From an uncultured Candidatus Saccharibacteria bacterium (GTDB lineage: Bacteria > Patescibacteriota > Minisyncoccia > Phycocordibacterales > UBA918), in NCBI GenBank assembly GCA_964350645.1, contig CAYGJY010000001.1, positions 399,939 through 463,938 on the forward strand: a stretch of DNA of 64,000 nt, read 5' to 3'. Positions 20,901 through 29,900 of this stretch are shown one piece after another. The first letter of the stretch is position 1; each line of letters starts with the position of its first letter. Position numbers and translations under genes: made by a program. Under the pieces are notes generated by a model. That model saw only the letters and a program-made list of their open reading frames with translations, ran no database searches and was not told the DNA's origin.

Positions 20901-23900
20901 TGGCTTTAAAGTACAGCTCGCCCGTCTCGCCACCAGTAGAGATTGACACAATCTCACGTGGTACTTCAGTCAGTCCATCACTCTCTGTGATGCGGATGTC
21001 GCCGCCATCGGCATTTACGTTAGCAAAGAAACTGCTATCAAAATCTGATAAGTCAACGTAGACCGGGAAATCAGTCAGATCATCATCAACCTCGGTCGCA
21101 TTGATGGTAATAACGTCGCGATACAACCACGCACTATCAAAGTCACCGCCTCGAACTGGTGTTCCTTGGCGAATGCGCACATCATTAAAACTCGAACCGT
21201 TAGCAGTAATATTGTCAGCACTTCGTGCCAAGAAAAGCACTTCTCCACCATTAGCATCAAAGGCGCCACTACCAGTAGTTGTGAAGTCGCGCGCTATAGA
21301 AAGTTGGCCACTTGGGAATACGACCGTACCATTGCTGATAGCAAAGGTGTTACTGGTGGTTGCGTTCGTATCGAGGAAGCTCCATTGCGCACTACCCGTG
21401 AACGACACATCATAGAAGTTATTAAGGAAAACTGATCCATTGGTTTGAATGGTCCTAGTGCCCGAGCCAGTAAAGCGAACTTCAGCATTATTGTGAGCAA
21501 AAGTACCACCAGTATTGCTAAATGATCCACCAATGAGCGTCGAAGTAGTTGGCAGTGTGACTGTACCAGTTGCGATCGTGAAGTCACCCAACATAGTGAC
21601 ACTAGTTTGGTTAAATGATACTGATCCACCATCTGTCGTTGACGCCCTAAAGCTATAGAGTGACGAACCACCAGTAGTAATGACCGCATCAGTAGCTGTA
21701 CCAACAATTGCTATGGTTCCTGTGCGGGCCGTGAATACATTGTTGTTGGTGAAATCACCTTCAAGACTTAGGGTGAAAGCTCCACCTGCGTTTAGTGTGT
21801 CATTGGCTCCGATAGTCAGACTGTCAGCCAATACACTCGAACCGAGACGAACAGTCTTAGCTGTACCATCAACGATAACAGTACCAAGATTTTGTTTTGC
21901 TGCACTGTTGTCGGTCCAGATTGATAAACCAGCGCTGTCAAATGTCGTAGTCGCAACCCCGCTGATAACGCCACTGCTTTGGATCGTCACATCACCAGCT
22001 ACGTTGATTGTCGATGAAGAACGATCAAAGGTACCAAACGCCACGACCAAGTCATCAGAAAGGTCAATCGGATTATAGCTCTGCCACGTCGCAGAACCTG
22101 AGCCAGAGCCGAAGGTAAGATCATTGAAATCAAGCGTGCCATCAGCATCAGAGAGCGTTTCGCTACCTGCCGTAGCAGTGAAGACTACTGCCGCTGTACC
22201 AGTCGTCAAATCACCTTGGTTATCCCATGAACCGCTGACATTAAGCGTATTACCTGAAAGCGTCGTTGTCCCATAGTTCACAAAGTCATGGGTAGTAATA
22301 ACTTCATTAGTAGATGTGGCTGGAATGAAGACATTATTGCTTCCTATATATAGATTGGCATCACTACAACTACCCACTGCACACACCAATAAGTTACCAC
22401 TACCATCAACATCGAAGAAGACATTGTCGTTACCGGTTGTGCTGTTATCAGAGGCTGCGAGCTTGCTGAGGGTGATTGTTCTCGTCTCATCAGAGGAGAA
22501 GCTTAAGTGCTGCTCAAACAACTCAACTCCAGTCATGTCGCCCAGACCATCGTATACAAAGACTCCCACTGCTTCTTCTGCATCGTTTGTCGTCGATGCA
22601 AAGACTGTCACAGTATCGCCGGCAAACGCTGTGACGTTGCTGATACTCCAAATCCCAGCCGTTACCACACCGGTTCGATTAGCCACGCCACCATTAACAG
22701 ACACTGTCACCGTAGCATTAGCAACATTAGTCAAACGATCATACTCTTTAAGTGTTCCCGTCATCGTAACTCCCTCTGACCACTCGACAGTCCAGTCATC
22801 AAGTGACGGGCAGCTGGCAGCAGCACACTGGAGTGTGGCAAATAATCGAATGACCGGATAGGTAGCAACATCAACTCCTGTCAAGTCAACTGGTGAAGAC
22901 GTAAAGCCAGTGCTATTACCTGGAAGATCCACATCAGGAATCAGCTCCCATAAACCACCACCTGTTTGGTATTGAATCTGCAGTGTAGTTGTGCCAGAGC
23001 CAGTTGAGCTAAACAATGCCCGGTCAAACTTTGGACCAAGACCATCACTGAAGAGCACTTCTTCACTGGCTATAGTGCCCGATAATCCGCCTCCAGAAGA
23101 GCTTTCGCGAGTGATGATGCCCGTACCATTTTCAAATGCTAAAACTGAAACGTCCTCTGTCGCGTGATTCCCAGCTGATGCCCCAATTTCAGCAATAGTG
23201 ATATCAAGGTCAGTGGCAGTGACAACCGTATCTGTATCAACTTGAGCAAACCCTCCATCACCACCATTGTTCGCGTTGTTTTGTACCACTATTACTTGTG
23301 GTGCCGAACTAAATGTCTGATTAAAGGTGGTCGCTGATTCAGTTTCAGATTCAGTAATGGTATTGCCCGTATTAAAGGCATCGAATAACGTGCCGTTATT
23401 ATCACCAGTACCAACTTCAAAAGCAATATAATCAATATCCTCTGGTACCCGAACCGTATCAGTATCAAGTGAGATACCCAGAGAAACATGCATCTCAGTG
23501 GTACCAACTTCACCAGTCTGTGTTCCATCGTCAACAAACGCTCCAACCCATTTTGAGCCATTAGCTGAAGAGACTGTCACGAGAGCTCCTGGGGTACTCC
23601 CAAAGTCAGGATTGAAGTCAACCACTGACCCAGTGGTGTAGCCTGGATTGCTACCCTCAACTACCGACACACTTTCTTGAGTTCCGGCAATAATGCGTAA
23701 ACCGCCGCCGCCATCTTGAATCTGCCAATCTCCGGCTTCCATCACAATGTAGTCAATATCGGTTGCACCTGCCAACGAGAGAGTATAGTTTTCTGCCTTA
23801 ATTTCAAATGAGTCAGCCGTCTTGTTACGAACCTGAACAGTACGTCCGTTAGTAGAGCCATTAAAAGCGTATTTCGGTGAAGCTACTACTACCATGTTGT

Positions 23901-26900
23901 CGTAGGTGAGCAAGGTGTTGACGGTCGTCCAGTCATTATTATTGACAGTGGTTGTCCCATATTCACCAATGTCATTACTCAGCTCGATCGAATCAGAGGT
24001 TGATGCAGTTACACCATCAAGCACTCCTTCAGCAAATTGAGCCTGAGTTGTTTGGAACCATGTTGAGATACTGACACCCGTATCAACAGTAAAGTTATCG
24101 GCTACAGACCAAGGTGAGAATGAGTTAGACGCGTCTGGGTCTTTAGCCCTGACCCGCCACCAGTACGTCTCACCATCTGATAACGGTGAACCACCCGGTA
24201 TCGTATAGGTGATGGTGTCGCCGGAGTTAAACGGTCCGGTGTCAGCTGGCGTTGTCAGGTTTGCAAAATTAGCTGGTGTTGTTGTTGAATTAATCGTAGT
24301 CGAACTAGTCAAGAAGGTCGGATCTGTACTGTACGAGATTTCATATTGAAGATCGTCGCCTTGTGGGTCAGTCGTAGTGAAGTCAAACGTTGGTGTTGTA
24401 TCAACAGTCTTTTCGTTATCAAACGGGTCACCGAGTGTCGGTGTCTCAACTCGCTGCCCCCACGTCACGCGCCAATCAAATAGCTCAGGATTCACTCCTC
24501 CAAAATTAGCTACCAACCTGATTTCATTGTATGTAACAGTGTCTAAGTTGAGAATATTGATTGGTCCGGAAGTAAAGCCGGCACTGTTGCCAGGCAAATC
24601 ACTATCCGGAATATCCTGGAAACCAGATCCGGTGTTGTATTCGATTTGATACGTAATCGTACCCGCATCGTTAAAGTCGACCTCACCCCACGCGTTCCCT
24701 ACATCAGCATCATCAAAGTCAATCGGTGTACTAACTACCTGCGCTGTTCCCGCTCGAATAATATCACCTGAGCTATCTTCGAAGGCAATGATTGCCACGT
24801 CTTCATCAGCATGACCTCGGTCTGCCCCATTTCCTCCTTCTTCAACTGAGACGGTTACATCTGTTGCAGTTGGGGGTGTATCTGTATCAACTTGAGCATA
24901 ACCTCCTTGAGTACCATTCATAGTAGACATCTGCACTACCACTACCCCTGGTGCGCTGCCGAATGTTTGTGCGAAATTAAAGGTATCCGGTACATCATCC
25001 ACGAACCCAGCAGTCCCATCGATCCCAGTATTAAAGACATCAAACGGTACTAAATTGTTTGTCCCTATTCCAGTATCAAATACAACTATATCAATATCCT
25101 CTGCAGCCGTATGACCATTGGCGTCTAGGTTGTCATTGAGGTATACACTCACCTGTGAGGCTGTTGGTGGATTTGAAATATCATTCCCGTCATAGACACT
25201 TGAGACTACCCAGTCCTGGTCATTGATGGTGGTCACCATTGTCATCACCGCTGGCTGGCCACTAAACGAAGTCGGGAACACGATGTCAGTTCCACCTGGA
25301 TCAGTCGGAATGGTATTGCCAGCGATCGCTGAAACGCTCGTGCTCGTAGCAAAGACTCTGAGCCCATCATCTCCATTGTCCATGAGATAATCGCCTGCTT
25401 CCATCACAATGTAGTCAAAGGTTGAAGTACCGGAAGAATCTTTAGAGAAGTTTTCTGCTAAAACATCAAAGGTAGTCGCAGTCTTATTGAAGACTCTGGC
25501 AGCTGGCTGATTTGGACTAGCGATACTCCGAGCATATCTAACCGAACCAACCACTACTGGGTTAGTAAATGAGTTGTTGAGATTAACAGTAGTAGTAGCT
25601 CCGTTAGTAAGTGCGACTGAGCCATACTCACCAATAAGTGAACTACCACCAATGTCGGGCTCAATCGAATCACTACCTGATGAGACTGCACTTGAGAGTG
25701 AATTCGTTTCAAACTGCTCATCAGTAGTCTGAAACCACTCAGACACAGTGATACTCGTGTTAATCGTAAAGCTTTGTGGTGATGTCCATGCACTGAATGT
25801 ATTTGATCCGTCTGGGTCAATCGCTCGCACGCGCCACCAATACGTAACTCCATTACTCAGTGCAGACGGTGGTGTATAGCGAATTAGTTGTCCATTGTTG
25901 AATGGAGTTTTGTCAGATGGAATCAAGACGTTTGCAAAATCAAACAGATCAGTATCTGAATTACTATCGATCAGCGTACTAGCGAAAGTATTATCAGTAC
26001 TCACTTGTACTTGATAATCGAGCTCATCCCCTCCTTGATCAGACGCCACAAATTCAAGCGTCGGCTGCGTACTTGATGCGTGTTCATTATCGAAACGCTC
26101 AGTGGTAATTGGGGTTTCTGGAGGGCCAGCGGTTGCGAGTTCCGGGTACGTAGTATAGGTAACTAATTCTTCTTCAGTTGACCGAATCATGCGGAAACAA
26201 TAATTTGCGTTCGGAGTAATTACGCCAGATACTGCAGTTATTACCCAGTCGAACTCGACCGCTTCGCCATTTCCAACTTCATTTGGTAACGTAGCACTGA
26301 AATTTTGTTCTTCATAGGAAGCCTCAACGTCACTATCACTCAACAGAGTACTCGGTAACGCATCCCCGTCAGCCACACCAGCGTTGTCATAACCAGCAAA
26401 GGCGGCCGTAGTACTGCCAATATCACCTAAGTCACGCCAGCTATTATCGGTGACCGCTGCGCACGAGTTCGCCTCAGCATATTGCAGAACAAAAGCTGTT
26501 GAATCAACAGTACCAGTTCCATTATTTGCCAAGAGATTCATGCGTAAACGAACAACATCTCCTCCATTCAGTGATTCAGTACCAGTGATGGCATCTCCTT
26601 CATTAGCGGAATCTCCATCATCAAGTGGCCAGGGTGTTGTCGGAGTTATGGCGTTTGTGTTGACATACCAGCGATAATTTAATTGTTCGTACTGAGCATC
26701 TTGATTCTCCTCTTCAGCACCAAAGGTTGAATTAAGATAGAGTGCATTAAATTTCTTAGCCTGAACAGCACTCCAAGTATTTGTTTCGTCATCATTGTCA
26801 AGACCAGTTTCAATGTGGTCATAGTACATGTAGAACGGTTTGTTGTCCGTAGCTACTACTTGAGTTCCTGGACCATAGTCACTGGCTGGATTAATGTTTA

Positions 26901-29900
26901 ACGCACCAGGATACTCACCTGTTGGAGTACAGGTACCAGAATCAAGAAAACCTCCAGCTGCGGTTTGGACTTCGATATTCACCTCTCCAAATCTTGGGGC
27001 ACACACTATGCTTACGTACTCAGCTGACTGAGGAATGATGTAGCGGGTTCCAAATTCAGGTGTCGGCAAGAAACGGCTGGTTTCAGTTCCGTCACCGTCA
27101 GCTTCTTGTGAAGCACCAATCGGACTAGTCTGATTGGTGAGACGTACACCATCTCCTGCCCCGCCAGAACCATTGGCACAAAAACTGTTACTTTGCTGTG
27201 CTCCCCGATTCATTCCCGTAGTTGTTCCGTTAGCTGTGCCACTAGAACAATATATCTCCACACTAGTGCCGCTAGTGATAGCTGCGTAGCGATAGTTGTT
27301 AGAGCGCACTCCATATAGATCACGCAGAGTTGGCGGATAGGCTACAAAACTGTCTCCCGGACTGTTCTGATAGAACAAAATCGGTTCGTCAGACTCGACC
27401 ACTGGAACGTCACTGCCACCGAGTGTAAGACTAAATAAGCTTGTTGCCCCTGCAGAGATTGTTCCACTGACAGTTGGAGTAACAGCTGCTCCAGCAAATA
27501 CATCTACGGCCGCAGCCGTAAACGGTGCGTGTATGTACAGGTCTTCACTACCACGGTTGGTAGAACTAATATGCGTAGTCGTAGCAAACGAGATAGGGAC
27601 CGGCGGCTCACTCGAGTTATCAATTGAGCGTGCAGTAATTGGCCCAAGAGCACTAATAACTGAAGTGGAGGCATACTGTGCTGAAGTAAATGAAGTCGTC
27701 TCCCCACTCTGCAGCGTTACCGGCGCACCACCATCGATACTCACTTCGTTATTGTCGATCAAGCTGTAGACGACGATATCGTTCGTTTGGGTATCGTTGA
27801 CGACATAGTACAAATCCGTAGTGGTGCTGTATGTAAACGGCTCGTACTCATCACTTTCACTCGTAGCTGAATCATTGCCGTAGTAAAGATAGATAGTTGA
27901 TGTAGCGTTGCCCGGCACCTCATTTACTTGTACCCAGATATCAGCTTCGTCAGCAGTATTATCGAAGTGCTGTACCCAATGATCGAGTTCATTGAATGTA
28001 GTAGGGATTACAACCTGACTGGTAGACGTAGCGTAGAAGTCTGTACTGGTAGACTGGTTGCGGAAAGAAGCTGAAATCCAGTCAGCTGACAACACATTGT
28101 CATGCACTCTGAATTCGTCTAAGAATCCCTCGTAGTTCTGTTGATTGTCCCCTACAGACAGACAACTTGTATCCTGCTCACCTCCAATCATAATACAATC
28201 AGCCGGTACCGAGAGAGCCGTCATTGCTTCAGCCGAAGGACTTTCATTATCCTCAACACCGTCAACATATAAACGCCATTCGCTGCTGTTAGCATCACGA
28301 ACCACAACCATATGCTTCCAGCCAGTACCAGTTACGTCTTTATCAAAAGTAAATATATCTTGGGCACTACCATCAAACAGTGTGATCTGAGTGTTGCGCA
28401 AGAATAAAATGAGCTCATTATTAGCGCCCGCGTTAATAATCGATTGATCACCATTTTGTGACGTATTGAACCAGAAAGAAAACGAAAGTTCGTTCTCACC
28501 ATTTAGGGCATCACTTGGGACCAAAATATAGTCATCTGGATTCGTATCACGAGCCAATATTTCTTGTCCACGGCCAAGCTTGCCACTCTTTCCAGTCGCA
28601 GTAATCTCGTCATCTCCATCATAGTCATTGCTAGTAGCATCTTGATATAGACCAGCATTTCCATTACCAGACGCATCTTCTTCAAGGTGGTAATTGAGAA
28701 TAAAGCCATTGGTCCAGACACTCTCTGATCCAAATGGATCATCTGCCACATAGCCCGGGGCGGCTGCATTGCCGTAATAAATATAGAAGGTAGTGTCAAC
28801 ACTGCTCGAAATACTGTCAGCCTTGAAGTGCAACTCACCGGTTTCTGCGCCGGTATCAATTGACACGATTTCTCGTGACAATTCACTCTGTCCATCAGCC
28901 GTGGTAATTCGAATATCATCTCCATCAGATTGGACATTAGCAAAGAAGTCAGCTCCAAGATCGGCAAGATTAACGTACACCGGGAAGTTACTCAGCGTAG
29001 CGTCAACTTCACTGGCTTGAATGGTTATTGGTAAACGATTATCCCAGTTGACATCATACCAATCGTCAGTATTGCCAGGTACTTCTTGAATAAAGCGGAT
29101 GTCTGAACCGTCACTGTTTACGTTAGACCAAAAATCACTTTCTGCTGGGGTAATTTCCAAGAAGACTTGCTGTTCGGTCGACGTTGCCCCATTACGATTA
29201 TCAATCTCAATTGGCTTTCGATACCGCCAGAGACTACTCCAAAACGGGTCGAGAAGTCCATACTCACTATCTCCAATCGCCTCTATCCAAAACTCACCCT
29301 GTGTAAACGGTGGGAAACTAATCTCCATCTTAAAGTACTTGGTTTCTCCTGGTGCAATCTTGTAAGTATTTGGGGTGTGGTTACTCACTTCGAAGTGATC
29401 GGGAACAGGCTTGATGTCAGGTCCAAAGCCAAAGAAATCAAACGTCTTTTTTACTAGACCTCGCGTATCTGGCGGAGTCCCGGTCGCAATTGGTTCTGAT
29501 TCCCAATTTGGTAGATACTTGGTCATTTCATGTTCGCGCACTTTTACGTTATCTACCACACAGCTAGTGTTGTCACCATCGAGTGAATCACAAGTCCGGA
29601 TAATATTCGTATCACGACACGAATACATTTGAGCTGCATCTTCTGTACTTGTTAAGCTTGATGAAGCCGTCGACAAGGAAGTAGTCGCTCGGATACTTGA
29701 TGTACCCACCGCTGGAATATTAAGAGCAGACATTGCCTGAGCAAACGGCAAAAGTGTTTGTCCAGCTGAGCGGAATGCAGTTGTTGTAGCAAACAAATCC
29801 TCTTCGGGTACGGCTGTGGCTGCTGGCGTCTCTGAAGCAGACTCAGTATCAAGCACTTCAGAAGAAACACTCTCTGGTTCAATTTCATCAGGAGTAGTAA

